A stretch of DNA of 64,000 nt from a bacterium UBP2_UBA2255. GTDB taxonomy: Bacteria > Edwardsbacteria > AC1 > EtOH8. The stretch spans positions 42,302 through 106,301 of the forward strand of contig DDXR01000049.1 in NCBI GenBank assembly GCA_002347565.1. Direction: 5' to 3'. The translations under genes were made by a program, and so were the position numbers. Every line of letters begins with the position of its first letter. Positions within the stretch are counted from its first letter, which is position 1. The notes under the pieces are model-generated. The model made no database searches and was not told where the DNA came from. It saw only the letters and a program-made list of their open reading frames with translations. Below, piece after piece: positions 48,271-58,356 of the stretch.

Positions 48271-49233
48271 ATGACCTTCGTTGACCTGATCATCGAGCGC
48301 CATTCGTGCGACCACGCGCTGCAGCAGGCGGTCGCCCTTATCAACGCGCGGCGGTACCGCCAGGCCATCCCCATTCTGGATGCGCTCCACCGCCGAGAGC
48401 CGCAGGGCTGCATCCAGAGCAGCGAGGTGGTGCAGTTCTACCTGATCGAGTCGCGCATGGCGCTGGCCCGCCGGGCGGCGCAGCGACGGGCGCTGGCCGA
48501 GGCGATCCGCGAGTACGGCGCGGCCGCGAAGCTGGCGCCGCGGTATGCCGACCTGCGCCATGCGCTGGGGATGATCGAGTACGAGCGGAGGCGCTACGCG
48601 GCAGCCGCCGCCGAGTTCCGCCGGGCGCTGCGGATCAACCCCCGGTACCAGGCGGCGCGCGTCCAGCTCGGGCTGACGATGCTCCGGCAGCGCCGGTACC
48701 GGGCCGGCCTGCGCCTGTTCGCCGGCCTGGCGCGCGACTGCAGCCTGGTCGACCAGGAGCGATACGACCGCGCCGTGGCCGCGGCGCAACGCCGCCGGTA
48801 CCGGGAGGCCGAGGGCGGTTTCGCGGCGGCGTTCCGGTCGAGGCCCGACCGGGGAAGGGCCCTCTGCGCCATGGGCCAGGACGCCTATCGGGAGAGCCGT
48901 TACGACGAGGCCATCCGCCATTTCCGGCAGGCGCAGCGGCTGGCACCGGGCTATGCGGATGTTTACAACAATCTCGGCGCCTGCTACAGCCGGAAAGGGA
49001 ACTGGGGCAGGGCGGCCCGCTGTTTCGCCATGGCGGCATCGCTGGCTCCGCGCTTCACCCGCGCCTGGCTCAACCTGGCGTATGTCTGTGACCGGCTGGG
49101 CGACCGCGAACGGGCGGCGAGGGCGGCCCGTAGCGCCCTGCGGCTGGACCCGGCGAACAAGCTGGCGACCGCCATCCTGCGCCGCGACGGCGCAACCAGG
49201 ACGGCGGCACTGAAGGACCGGCAGCATGGCTGA
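48271..49233 (+). CDS. tetratricopeptide-repeat protein
   Basis: Multiple TPR-like A/R/Y-rich helical repeats. Confidence 0.65.
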   Translation: MTFVDLIIERHSCDHALQQAVALINARRYRQAIPILDALHRREPQGCIQSSEVVQFYLIESRMALARRAAQRRALAEAIREYGAAAKLAPRYADLRHALGMIEYERRRYAAAAAEFRRALRINPRYQAARVQLGLTMLRQRRYRAGLRLFAGLARDCSLVDQERYDRAVAAAQRRRYREAEGGFAAAFRSRPDRGRALCAMGQDAYRESRYDEAIRHFRQAQRLAPGYADVYNNLGACYSRKGNWGRAARCFAMAASLAPRFTRAWLNLAYVCDRLGDRERAARAARSALRLDPANKLATAILRRDGATRTAALKDRQHG

Positions 49234-49882
49234 GTTCAAGGATTACTACGCAGTCCTGGGTGTCGGCCGCACGGCCGCGGAGCAGGAGATCAAGGCCGCC
49301 TACCGGCGGCTGGCGGTGAGGCTCCATCCCGACAAGAACCCGGCCGAGAGCAAGCAGGGATTCGCCAGCAGCCAGTTCCAGGACGTCAACGAGGCCTATC
49401 ATACCCTGGTCGACCGCAGAAAGCGAGACGCCTACAACAAGCAGCTGCTGGCCCGCCAGACCGGCATGTCCGACGGTCACACGTACGAGGCCAACCAGGC
49501 CGAAATGGTGTACCGCCAGGGGGTCAAGGCCTACAACGAACAGAATTTCAAGCGGGCGGTGGAGTACTTCAAGGCCGCAGTCAGGCTCAATCCCAAAAAG
49601 GCGTCCTACTACGACCGGCTGGGGATCGCCATCGTGAAATCCGGCGGATCGATCGAGGACGCCCGCGCCCAGTGCGAAAAGGCCCAGCAGATGGAGATGT
49701 ACAACCCCGAGCACTACCTGTCGATGGGCATCATCTACCAGCTGGCCGGGCTGGGGGACAAGGCCCGGGAGCAGTTCCGGGAGGCCCTCAAGTGGGATCC
49801 CGCCAACGCCGCCGCCAAGCAGCGCCTGGAGCAGCTCGGCCGGAGCAAGAAGGGGTTCTTCGGCAAGATGTTCGGCGGGTGA
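49226..49882 (+). CDS. J-domain (DnaJ-like) protein with TPR-like C-terminal region
   Basis: DYYAVLGV...YRRLAVRLHPDKN J-domain with HPD motif. Confidence 0.8.
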   Translation: MAEFKDYYAVLGVGRTAAEQEIKAAYRRLAVRLHPDKNPAESKQGFASSQFQDVNEAYHTLVDRRKRDAYNKQLLARQTGMSDGHTYEANQAEMVYRQGVKAYNEQNFKRAVEYFKAAVRLNPKKASYYDRLGIAIVKSGGSIEDARAQCEKAQQMEMYNPEHYLSMGIIYQLAGLGDKAREQFREALKWDPANAAAKQRLEQLGRSKKGFFGKMFGG

Positions 49883-49940
49883 CCGACCCTCCCGTTGAAC
49901 GCGCCGCCTCCCGAGCCAACATCACGAAGGTAACCGTCCA

Positions 49941-50318
49941 ATGGACATGGCGAACTACGAGCAGCGGTTGAAGGAGCTGGTTGACAGCATCCCGGGTGCG
50001 GCGTCGGCCAACCTGACCGGCATCGACGGCATCGGGATCGCGGCCAGCAGTCTCGATCCGACGCTGGACCCGACGCTGGCCGACGCCGAGTTCGCCACCA
50101 TGCTGGCCACCGCCAACCGCGCCGCGGGCAACCTGCAGGTGGGTGACATCTCCGAGCTGATCTTCGCCACCGACAGGATCATGATCATCCTCAAGATGGT
50201 GGGCCAGGATTTCTACCTAGCGGTGGGGCTGCCGGCGGCCGCCGGCAACCTGGGGATGGCCCGGCTACAGATGCGCTGGGCGGTGGACGATTTCGCCAAG
50301 ATGCTGTACGCCGCGTGA
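49941..50318 (+). CDS. roadblock/LC7 (MglB-like) domain protein
   Basis: ~125 aa with alternating hydrophobic pattern (ISELIFATDRIMIILKMVGQDFYLAVGL) typical of roadblock/LC7 fold. Confidence 0.6.
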   Translation: MDMANYEQRLKELVDSIPGAASANLTGIDGIGIAASSLDPTLDPTLADAEFATMLATANRAAGNLQVGDISELIFATDRIMIILKMVGQDFYLAVGLPAAAGNLGMARLQMRWAVDDFAKMLYAA

Positions 50319-50328
50319 GGAGGCTTTT

Positions 50329-50673
50329 GTGACGAACCACCAAAATGGATACCACGACCAGGCGTCCGAGATCATCAGGTCGCTGGCCGAGCGCGAGCGC
50401 GAGCTGTCCCGTTCGCTGGAGTCGGCCGAGGCCGAGGCCCGGCAGGCGATCGAGCGGGCCGAGGCGGCTGCGTCCGGCATTCGCGCAGCCGCTGCCGAGT
50501 CCGAGCGCCGCCTGGCGGCCGAGCATGCCGGGAGCTTGGCGGCGCTGGCAGATCAGATCGCCGCTGCCCGGGCGGCCCGGGCCGGGCAGGAGGCCGAGGC
50601 CCTGGCGGCCGCTGCCGCGGCCCGGATGGAGGCGGCCGTGTCGGAAGTCGTCAGGCGCGTGCTGCCGGAGTAG
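50329..50673 (+). CDS. coiled-coil protein, probable A/V-type ATPase peripheral-stalk subunit (G/H-like)
   Basis: 114-aa Ala/Glu/Arg-rich predicted coiled coil immediately upstream of subunit I, matching position of subunit G in Thermus-type operons; GTG start with GAGGAGG RBS. Confidence 0.5.
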   Translation: MTNHQNGYHDQASEIIRSLAERERELSRSLESAEAEARQAIERAEAAASGIRAAAAESERRLAAEHAGSLAALADQIAAARAARAGQEAEALAAAAAARMEAAVSEVVRRVLPE

Positions 50674-50679
50674 CCGCCG

Positions 50680-52578
50680 ATGATCGTCCCCATGCTCAGG
50701 GTGCTGGTGGCTGGTCCCAAACCGCTGATGGCCGCCGTGATCGAGACCATCCAGCGGCAGGGGCGGGTCCACATCGCGGCCGCGCGGGGCCAGGAGCAGG
50801 GCGTTTGCGCCGGCGGGCTGGCCGAGGCCGAGGCCGGGCGCCGGCAATCGGTCGAACGGGCCGCTTCCGAGATCGACGGCCTGCTGGCCCTGCTTGGGTT
50901 CCGGGGAAGGCCGGCACGACAGACCGGGGAACCGGACTGGGGCGCGCTGGAGGCCGGGCTGCGCGAACGCCAGGAGCGCGTGCGGGCGCTGGTGCGGCGG
51001 CGGCTGGAGCTGGAGGATGAGCTGGCGCTGATAGCCAGTTACCAGCAGGCGTTCGAGGCGCTCTCGCCGCTGCTGTCGCGGCTGGAGGGGAGCGCCAGGC
51101 TCCGGGCCTTCGGGTTCATCATCAAGGGGACCGATGCCACGGCTGCCGAACCGCTGCGCCGCGAGCTGGGCAGGGCCACGAGCGGCCGGTGCGAGGTGTT
51201 CGCCCAGGCGCTGGGCGACGGCCGGGTCGCCGTGCTGGCGGCGCACCACGCCGGGGACACCGACCGGGTGCGGGGGTTCTTCGCCAAGCTTGGCGTCAGC
51301 GAGCTGAAATTGCCGTCGACCGTTACCGGCCTGCCGATGGCAGAGGCGGTGCGGCAGCTCAAGGGAAAGCTGCGCGACCTGCCCGGGCAGATCCGGGCCG
51401 CGCAGGAGGATATCGGCAGCCTGGCCGGGCAGTGGGGGCCGGAGCTGGCGGGGCTGCGCCTGCTGGCGGGCGACGTGCTGGCGAGGCTGGCCGTGCGGGC
51501 CCAGGTCGGGGAAAGCCGGTTCACCTTCCTGCTGCAAGGTTACCTGCCGCAGGACGACCTGCCCGGCCTCCGCGACGCCCTGCGCGCCGCCTACCAGGAC
51601 CGGGTCACGGTGCAGACGATAGAGATCGGACACCGCGACGCGGCGCAGGTCCCGGTGATGCTGAAGAACAACCGGCTGGTCAAGCCGTTCGAGATGATGC
51701 TGTCGATCTTCAACCCGCCGCGCTACGGGACTGTCGACCCCACGCCGTTCATCGCGTTCTTCTTCCCGCTGTACTTCGGCTTCATCGTCGGCGACCTCGG
51801 CTACGGCCTGGTGATGCTGGCGCTGGCGCTGGCGCTGCGCTGGAAGCTCGGTCAGCGGCCGTTGGTCAGGCCGCTGACCACCATTTTCGCGCTGTGCGCC
51901 GCCTGGACCGCCGCGTTCGGCGTCGTCTACGGCGAGCTGTTCGGCGACCTGGGCGAGCACATGCACTGGCTGCATCCCATGGCCGACGCGGTCAACCGCA
52001 TGAGGCCGGAGTCGCTGATGCCGCTGTTCTGGTCATCGATCGCCGTCGGCGCGTTCCAGGTGATGGCCGGGTTCGGGATCATGCTCTACCAGGGTCTGAG
52101 GCATCGCGACCGGCACCATATCCTTGAGCCGCTGGCCTTCGTCATCGGCATCGCCGGCGTGGCCGGCTTCGCAGCCTCCTGGATGTTCGGGGTCATCCCG
52201 TCCTCCTTCATGGCGCCGTCGCTGGCCCTGCTGGTCGCCGGCGCCGGCCTGCTTGGGTGGCTGGCCGGCGTGGCAGGGCCGATCGAGATCTTCGGCGCGG
52301 TCGGCAACATTCTGTCCTTCGCCCGTTTGTTCGCGATCGGATTGTCCGCGGCATATCTGGCGTATGCGGCCAACCTGATCGGCCGCACCATCGGCGGCAT
52401 TCCGGGGATTCTGGTGGCGGCCCTGGTAGTGCATCCGCTGTTCTTCGCCCTGGGCCTGATCAGCCCCATCATGCAGTCGTTCCGTCTCCAGGTCGTGGAG
52501 TTCTTCACCAAGTTCAAATACCACGATTATCCCGGCAAACAATACAAACCATTCAAAACCACAGGAGAGACCCCATGA
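50680..52578 (+). CDS. atpI: A/V-type ATP synthase subunit I (a-subunit)
   Basis: ~630 aa: N-terminal hydrophilic coiled-coil half, C-terminal 7-8 TM half. Confidence 0.8.
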   Translation: MIVPMLRVLVAGPKPLMAAVIETIQRQGRVHIAAARGQEQGVCAGGLAEAEAGRRQSVERAASEIDGLLALLGFRGRPARQTGEPDWGALEAGLRERQERVRALVRRRLELEDELALIASYQQAFEALSPLLSRLEGSARLRAFGFIIKGTDATAAEPLRRELGRATSGRCEVFAQALGDGRVAVLAAHHAGDTDRVRGFFAKLGVSELKLPSTVTGLPMAEAVRQLKGKLRDLPGQIRAAQEDIGSLAGQWGPELAGLRLLAGDVLARLAVRAQVGESRFTFLLQGYLPQDDLPGLRDALRAAYQDRVTVQTIEIGHRDAAQVPVMLKNNRLVKPFEMMLSIFNPPRYGTVDPTPFIAFFFPLYFGFIVGDLGYGLVMLALALALRWKLGQRPLVRPLTTIFALCAAWTAAFGVVYGELFGDLGEHMHWLHPMADAVNRMRPESLMPLFWSSIAVGAFQVMAGFGIMLYQGLRHRDRHHILEPLAFVIGIAGVAGFAASWMFGVIPSSFMAPSLALLVAGAGLLGWLAGVAGPIEIFGAVGNILSFARLFAIGLSAAYLAYAANLIGRTIGGIPGILVAALVVHPLFFALGLISPIMQSFRLQVVEFFTKFKYHDYPGKQYKPFKTTGETP

Positions 52579-52919
52579 AGAAGTTCCTGGCGATCGTGAT
52601 GCTGTCCGTCATCGCGATGACCTTCGCCTCGGTGGCGTTGGCCCAGCATGCCGCACCGGCCGCGGAACAGCAGAAGGCGGACTCCCCGGCCAAGCCGCTG
52701 GACAACATCGTGATCTGGAAGGCCCTCGGCGCGGCGCTGGCCATCGGCGCCGCCGCTTTCGCCACGGCCTGGGCCCAGAGCAAGATCGGATCGGCCGCGG
52801 CCGGCGCCATCGCCGAGAAGCCGGAGATCGGCGGCGTGATGATCGTGCTGGAGGCCCTGCCCGAGACCATCATCATCCTGGGCTTCGTGATCGCCATCAT
52901 GATCGTGGGGATGAAGTAG
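52575..52919 (+). CDS. atpK: A/V-type ATP synthase proteolipid subunit K (c-subunit), single hairpin with N-terminal signal-like segment
   Basis: Gly/Ala-rich TM hairpin (GAALAIGAAAFATAWAQSKIGSAAAGAIAEKPE / LEALPETIIILGFVIAIMIVG) with conserved Glu; ATGA overlap with atpI. Confidence 0.75.
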   Translation: MKKFLAIVMLSVIAMTFASVALAQHAAPAAEQQKADSPAKPLDNIVIWKALGAALAIGAAAFATAWAQSKIGSAAAGAIAEKPEIGGVMIVLEALPETIIILGFVIAIMIVGMK

Positions 52920-52968
52920 CCGCTGCGCCGGGCCCCGGAACCGGCGGCATCTGGCACGATCTGACGAT

Positions 52969-53541
52969 ATGAATTCCGAACTACTGAAGGTCATCGAGGC
53001 CGAGGCCGCGGCCGAGCGCCAGCGGATCACGGACGCGGCCCGGGAGCGGGCCGGCGAGATCATCTCCTCGGCCGAGACCGCGGCCCGGCGGCTGCGCGAC
53101 AGCGGCGAGCGCGCCCGGGATGAGCAGGAACGCGCGGTCAGGCTCAAGACGGCCGCGGCCGCGGAACTGGCGGCATCGGCGCTGCGGCTGGAAGCCAAGC
53201 GCCGGGTGCTGGATTCGGTGTTCGACGCCGCCCGTCGGCGTCTGGCGCAGCTGTCCGGCCCGGAGTACCGGCGCGTCCTGAAGTCGCTGATCGCCGAGGC
53301 GGCGGCGGGCTTCGATGGGCAGTTCCGGCTGCGGGTGCGCCGGCAGGACGCCAAGCCGGCCGCCGAGATACTGAAGGAGTTGGGTCTGGAGGCGGAGGCC
53401 GAGGCCGAGGGCGCGGATGACGGCGGCGTGGTCGCGTCCGACCCCCAAGGCCGGATGATGGTCTGCAACAGGTTCGCCGACCGCCTGGAGCGCGCCCGTC
53501 CCGAGCTGCTGCCCGCGCTGTCGCGCATCCTGTGGGGATGA
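52969..53541 (+). CDS. atpE: A/V-type ATP synthase subunit E
   Basis: 190-aa charged helical N-terminus plus C-terminal globular part, operon position. Confidence 0.7.
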   Translation: MNSELLKVIEAEAAAERQRITDAARERAGEIISSAETAARRLRDSGERARDEQERAVRLKTAAAAELAASALRLEAKRRVLDSVFDAARRRLAQLSGPEYRRVLKSLIAEAAAGFDGQFRLRVRRQDAKPAAEILKELGLEAEAEAEGADDGGVVASDPQGRMMVCNRFADRLERARPELLPALSRILWG

Positions 53542-53544
53542 GCG

Positions 53545-54603
53545 ATGCCGTCGGACTACGGGTACATCAACGCCCGGATCAAGGGATGGCACAGCCGCCT
53601 GCTGACGGCCGGCGCAGTGACCGAGATCGCCGACCTGCCTGATTTTCCGGCTTTTCTGAAATGGATGGCCGCCGGTCCGTACGCGGCCGATTGGCAGCTG
53701 GCCCGTGCCCGGTTCGAGGGATTGGAAGCGGTCGAGCAGGCGCTGGAAGCGAATTTCGGCCAGACCACCCGGCGGTTGTTGGCGGTCTCGGACGGCGCCC
53801 CGCGCCGCCTGATCGGGATCATGCTGCGGCGCTGGGACCTGGCCAACCTCAAGACGGTGGTCCGTGGCATCGCCCGCCAGCACGGTTCGCAGGAGATCGC
53901 CCGCAACCTGTGGCCGGCCGGCAACCTGGTGATGGTCCGCCTGAGGGAGCTGGCCCAGCAGCGCGACCTGCGCGGCGTGGCGGACGTGCTGGCCACCTGG
54001 CGCGACCCGCTGGCGCAGCCCCTGATTGAATGCCTGGCAGGGTTCGACCGGGACCACGACCTGGTGCCGGTCGAACTGGCGCTGGACCGGTTCCATTTCC
54101 GCGACTCGCTGCGGCGGCTGCGAGGCCCGGAGAGCAACCGCAGCCTGATGGCGGGCCTGCTGCGGCGGGAGATCGACCTGGCCAATGCCAAAACGGCCAG
54201 GAGGCTGGCCGGTCAGGCCGCGGATCAGGCGCGGGATCCCCGGGCCTATGTGATCGACGGCGGCGAAGTCATCGATGCCGAGGCCGTGGCCGAATTGCTC
54301 GATCCCAGGACGCGCAGCCGCCGGCTGCGTGCCCTGCGGGCATCGCCCTACCACGGCTATCTGGCCGGCACCGGCGACCCGGTCCGGCTGGAGGATGAAC
54401 TCGACCATTCGTTCTGGCGCCACTGCGCCCGGCTGTACCGGGCCCGGCCGCTGGCGATCGACGTGGCCGTCGGCTTCATCTGGCGGAAACAGTACGAGCT
54501 GGTCAACCTGCGCCTGCTGGCCCGGTCCAAGTTCTACGGGCTGCCGCCGGAAGAGATACGCAGCCAGCTGTTCCTGGACGTTGCGGGCGGCCGCTGCGGC
54601 TGA
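53545..54603 (+). CDS. atpC: A/V-type ATP synthase subunit C (d-subunit)
   Basis: YGYINARIKG N-terminus and all-helical ~350 aa like Thermus AtpC. Confidence 0.75.
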   Translation: MPSDYGYINARIKGWHSRLLTAGAVTEIADLPDFPAFLKWMAAGPYAADWQLARARFEGLEAVEQALEANFGQTTRRLLAVSDGAPRRLIGIMLRRWDLANLKTVVRGIARQHGSQEIARNLWPAGNLVMVRLRELAQQRDLRGVADVLATWRDPLAQPLIECLAGFDRDHDLVPVELALDRFHFRDSLRRLRGPESNRSLMAGLLRREIDLANAKTARRLAGQAADQARDPRAYVIDGGEVIDAEAVAELLDPRTRSRRLRALRASPYHGYLAGTGDPVRLEDELDHSFWRHCARLYRARPLAIDVAVGFIWRKQYELVNLRLLARSKFYGLPPEEIRSQLFLDVAGGRCG

Positions 54604-54675
54604 CGACGGCTGGCGGTTTCCGCGCCGCATCCCGGGCATCCACCCAACCCCACCACGACAGCGAAAGGGGACGGT

Positions 54676-55884
54676 ATGAACCGCATCGCACTCGGCGCCA
54701 TTGCCCTGGTCCTGACGGCCGGACTGGCCGGCGCGGCGCCGGAAGCGCCGCCGGCCGCGCCGCCCGGTGAGGCGTCTGCCGCCGGACTGACGGCGGTCGA
54801 CACTCCCAACGACGAGGGGCGGTCGATCACCGTCACCTGGGCCCGGTCGCCCCGGGACATCGGCGATGCCGCCGTGTTCAAGGGCTACCAGATCCTGCGG
54901 GCCGACCACGCCGATGGGCCGTTCGCCGAGGTCGGGTTCGTCATCGGCGGCAAGACGGAGTTCCGCGACAACGTGGCCGAGGGCGCGGCGCACTGGTACC
55001 GCGTGCGCGCCGTGGCCGGCAGCGATTCATCGGAAACGGGGACGGCCGGTCCGGTCCGGGCGTCGGCCCAGTGGTTCGACGCCGGCCGCAGCAACGTGCT
55101 GATCGTGACCGTCCTGCTGGCGTTCCTGATGATCTGGTACATCGAGCGGGCCAAGAAGGGCGAGGAGCTGTTCATCCGGAAGATCCACGGCCTGGACGCC
55201 ATCGACGAGGCGGTGGGGCGGTCCACCGAGCTGGGCAAGCCGGTGCTGTTCTCGTTCGGCCTGGGCGAGATCAAGGACATCGTGACCGTGGCCGCGCTGT
55301 CAATCCTGCGCCAGGTCGCGGTGCGCTGCGCCCAGCACGGCACCGAGCTGCTGGTCCCGAACTGGGACCCGCTGGTGATGGCCGCGGCCCAGGAGACCAT
55401 CCAGCAGGCCTACTCCGAGCCGGGCCGGCCCGACCTGTACAAGGAGGGCAACGTCAGCTTCCTGACCTCGGATCAGTTCGGGTACGCCGCGGGCGTCGAC
55501 GGCATGATGATCCGGCAGAAGCCGGGGGCGGTGTTCTTCATGGGCTACTTCTATGCCGAGGCCCTGCTGATGTCGGAGACCGGCCACTCGGTGGGCGCGA
55601 TCCAGATCGCCGGGACCACGGCGGTCACCCAGCTGCCGTTCTTCATCGCCTCCTGCGACTACACCCTGATCGGCGAGGAGATGCTGGCTGCCAGCTGCTA
55701 CCTGAAGCGCGATCCCCAGCTGCTGGGGTCGATCAAGGGCGAGGATTTCGTCAAGGCCATCCTGATCGTCGGGTTCGCGGCGCTGGCCGTGGTCGGCACC
55801 GCCGGCGCCCTGCTGGCCGGCGCCGGGCGTCCCTGGCTGTCCGGCGTGTTCCAGGCCATCATCCAGTGGTTCGTGACCGCATGA
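54676..55884 (+). CDS. hypothetical bitopic membrane protein: signal peptide, FN3/Ig-like exodomain, TM helix, ~270-aa C-terminal domain
   Basis: Cleavable signal (ALVLTAGLAGAAP), beta-rich segment (SITVTWARSP...HWYRVRAV), TM (VLIVTVLLAFLMIWYI), C-terminal domain ending in second hydrophobic segment; no family recognised. Confidence 0.5.
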   Translation: MNRIALGAIALVLTAGLAGAAPEAPPAAPPGEASAAGLTAVDTPNDEGRSITVTWARSPRDIGDAAVFKGYQILRADHADGPFAEVGFVIGGKTEFRDNVAEGAAHWYRVRAVAGSDSSETGTAGPVRASAQWFDAGRSNVLIVTVLLAFLMIWYIERAKKGEELFIRKIHGLDAIDEAVGRSTELGKPVLFSFGLGEIKDIVTVAALSILRQVAVRCAQHGTELLVPNWDPLVMAAAQETIQQAYSEPGRPDLYKEGNVSFLTSDQFGYAAGVDGMMIRQKPGAVFFMGYFYAEALLMSETGHSVGAIQIAGTTAVTQLPFFIASCDYTLIGEEMLAASCYLKRDPQLLGSIKGEDFVKAILIVGFAALAVVGTAGALLAGAGRPWLSGVFQAIIQWFVTA

Positions 55885-55921
55885 CGCGCGCGTCACTGAT
55901 CGAAATGAAGGAGCGGCGCCC

Positions 55922-56554
55922 ATGAAAAAAGAGATCCCATTGGCCATCACCTTCCTGACCGGCCTGATCATCGTGGTCACGTTCTTCATCCCCCACCAGC
56001 CGCTGGGGACGATGCAGCAGCGGCTGCTGATCTGGTACTCGATCGTGCTGGGGTTCACCATGCTGCTGGGCGTGGACAGCTTGCTGCGCAGCAACCTCAA
56101 GCGGCTGGTGGGGCGCACCCCGGGATGGCCGTACGCCGCAGTGCTGCTCGCCGGGTTCGCGTTCACCCTGGCGGCCGGGATCTACAACTGGGCCACCACC
56201 AGGTCGCTGCTGACCCTGGGGTCGCCGTTCATGTTCGTCTACACCTTCGTGATCGTGCCCCTGCAGGCGACCATGTTCGCGGTGCTGGCGTTCTTCATCG
56301 CGTCGGCCGCCTACCGCGCCTTCCGGGCCCGCACCCTGGAGGCGACCCTGCTGCTGGTCACCGCCGCCATCGTCATGATCGGGCGGGTGCCGGTGGGGGC
56401 CGAGCTGTGGGACAAGCTGCCGGTCCTGGCCGACTGGATCATGGAGGTCCCCCAGATGGCGGCCAAGCGGGGCATCGTCATCGGCGTGGCCCTGGGGACC
56501 ATCGCCATGTCGCTGCGGGTGATCCTGGGCCTGGAACGGACCTACCTGTCATGA
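55922..56554 (+). CDS. hypothetical polytopic membrane protein (~6 TM)
   Basis: Hydrophobicity pattern; no family recognised. Confidence 0.5.
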   Translation: MKKEIPLAITFLTGLIIVVTFFIPHQPLGTMQQRLLIWYSIVLGFTMLLGVDSLLRSNLKRLVGRTPGWPYAAVLLAGFAFTLAAGIYNWATTRSLLTLGSPFMFVYTFVIVPLQATMFAVLAFFIASAAYRAFRARTLEATLLLVTAAIVMIGRVPVGAELWDKLPVLADWIMEVPQMAAKRGIVIGVALGTIAMSLRVILGLERTYLS

Positions 56555-56576
56555 AGCGCAGCAGAGGAGAACGACG

Positions 56577-57398
56577 ATGAGATTCTTCGAGCGGATCGCC
56601 GCCATCGACCGGCGGCTGATCTACCTGGCGCTGGCGCTGTCGGTGCTCATCCCCCTGCTGTTCAAGATGGTGCTCCCGACCCGCGTCTCCGAGCCGGTGC
56701 GGGCCGCCTACCGGTCGATCGATGACCTGCCCGAAGGTTCCGTGGTGATGATCTCGGTCGACTACGACGCCTCGTCGGCGCCGGAGCTGCAGCCCATCTA
56801 TCTCGGCATCCTGCAGCACTGCTTCGCCAAGAAGCTCAAGGTGCTGGTGCTGGGGCAGTGGGTGATGGGGACCCCCTTCGGCGAGCTGGGCTTGGGCCGG
56901 ATCGCGCCGCTGTACGACGCCGTCTACGGCGTCGACTACGTCAACCTGGGGTACCGGCCCGGCTACCGCGCCCAGATGGTGGGGCTGGGCCGCGAGATTC
57001 GCGACTTCTTCGCGGTCGATTCCCGCGGCATCACCCTCGACAGCTTGCCGATGATGGCCGGGGTCCACAATTACAACCAGATCGACCTGCTGGTGGGTCT
57101 CGAGGCCGGCCAGGCCGGCGACGAGTGGATCCAATTCGCCGGCGCCCGCTACGGCGTCGACATCGTGATCGGCGCCACCGGCGTGGTGGCCCCCGACAAG
57201 TTCCATTACCTGCAGGCCCGGCAGATCCGCGGGCTGATCGGCGGCCTGCAGGGCGCGGCCGAGTACGAGACCCTGATCGGCAAGCCGGGCGCCGCCATCG
57301 CCGGCATGGTCGCCCAATCCTGGGCGCACCTCCTGCTGCTGGCGTTCATCGTCCTGGGCAACGTCGGATATTTCGTGATGCGGAGGGCCAAGCCATGA
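56577..57398 (+). CDS. hypothetical membrane-anchored protein (N- and C-terminal TM helices, central soluble domain)
   Basis: TM at residues ~14-32 and ~245-265; no family recognised. Confidence 0.5.
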   Translation: MRFFERIAAIDRRLIYLALALSVLIPLLFKMVLPTRVSEPVRAAYRSIDDLPEGSVVMISVDYDASSAPELQPIYLGILQHCFAKKLKVLVLGQWVMGTPFGELGLGRIAPLYDAVYGVDYVNLGYRPGYRAQMVGLGREIRDFFAVDSRGITLDSLPMMAGVHNYNQIDLLVGLEAGQAGDEWIQFAGARYGVDIVIGATGVVAPDKFHYLQARQIRGLIGGLQGAAEYETLIGKPGAAIAGMVAQSWAHLLLLAFIVLGNVGYFVMRRAKP

Positions 57399-58018
57399 CG
57401 CAGATCATCGGCACCTGGATCGCGGCCGGGCTGACCCTGGCCATCTTCTCCTTCCTCTACAAGGACAACCCGTTCTACAAGGTGGCGGAGCACCTCTACG
57501 TCGGTGTCTCGGCGGCCTACGCCGTGCTGTACGCCTGGGCCAACGACGTCTACCCGATGCTGGTCGAACCGATGTTCCTGGGCCGGGGCGCCGTCACCAC
57601 GGCCGACCGCTGGATCCTGCTGGTGCCGCTGCTGTTCGGCCTGATGATGCTGGCGCGGTGGGTGCCGAGGATCGCCTGGCTGTCGCGCTGGTCCATCGCA
57701 CTGACGGTAGGCATCGCGGCGGGCCTGGGCATCACCGGCCAGATCCAGGGCATTCTGCTGCCGCAGGTGGCCGGCACCCTGGTGCCGCTGACATCGGCCA
57801 ACAACGTTCTGATGGTGGCCGGCGTCATCGCCACGCTGGTGTACTTCTATTTCTCGATCGCCCAGAAGGGCGCGGTCAAAGTGGGCAGCCGGCTGGGCAT
57901 GGTGTTCATCATGGTCGCGTTCGGCGCCTCGTTCGGCTATACGGTGATGGCCAGGATCTCGCTGTTGATCGGGCGCCTGCAGTTCCTGGTGTTCGACTGG
58001 CTCCACGTGGTCAAGTGA
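57398..58018 (+). CDS. hypothetical polytopic membrane protein (~6 TM)
   Basis: ATGA overlap with upstream gene; hydrophobic throughout. Confidence 0.5.
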   Translation, partial: TQIIGTWIAAGLTLAIFSFLYKDNPFYKVAEHLYVGVSAAYAVLYAWANDVYPMLVEPMFLGRGAVTTADRWILLVPLLFGLMMLARWVPRIAWLSRWSIALTVGIAAGLGITGQIQGILLPQVAGTLVPLTSANNVLMVAGVIATLVYFYFSIAQKGAVKVGSRLGMVFIMVAFGASFGYTVMARISLLIGRLQFLVFDWLHVVK

Positions 58019-58052
58019 CGGCCGCCCCAACCGTCGAGAGGAGGATCCTGCG

Positions 58053-58355
58053 ATGAACGACCTGACCGCTGTCAAGGGGGTGCGGGCCTGGGCGGTGTTC
58101 GCCAACGACGCGCCGGTGGAGGGCGAGGCCAAGGGCGAGCTGGGGGACAAGGCGGGCGAGATCGAGCAGTTCTGGGTGAACGCGGCCTCGGTGATCGCCA
58201 GCAACTTCCGGCTGGGCCAGCTGCGCGAGGTGGCCGTGGCCGGCCCCGACCGGCAGGTGCTGATGCTGCTGGCCGGCGACCGGACCGTGGTGTGCGAGGT
58301 CGATCCCGCCGCCGACTGGAAGGCGCTGGCGGGCGAGATCCGGAGGAAGATGTAG
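58053..58355 (+). CDS. small soluble protein, possibly roadblock/LC7-like
   Basis: 100 aa; alternating hydrophobic pattern (VRAWAVFAND..., VLMLLAGDRTVVCEV) reminiscent of roadblock fold; tentative. Confidence 0.4.
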   Translation: MNDLTAVKGVRAWAVFANDAPVEGEAKGELGDKAGEIEQFWVNAASVIASNFRLGQLREVAVAGPDRQVLMLLAGDRTVVCEVDPAADWKALAGEIRRKM

Positions 58356-58356
58356 C

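Noticed and set aside
50191-51975. 594-aa minus-strand ORF across atpI, and 52981-54993 minus ORF across atpE/atpC
   Set aside because: Antisense GC-rich open frames. The + strand frames match V-ATPase subunits I, E and C.
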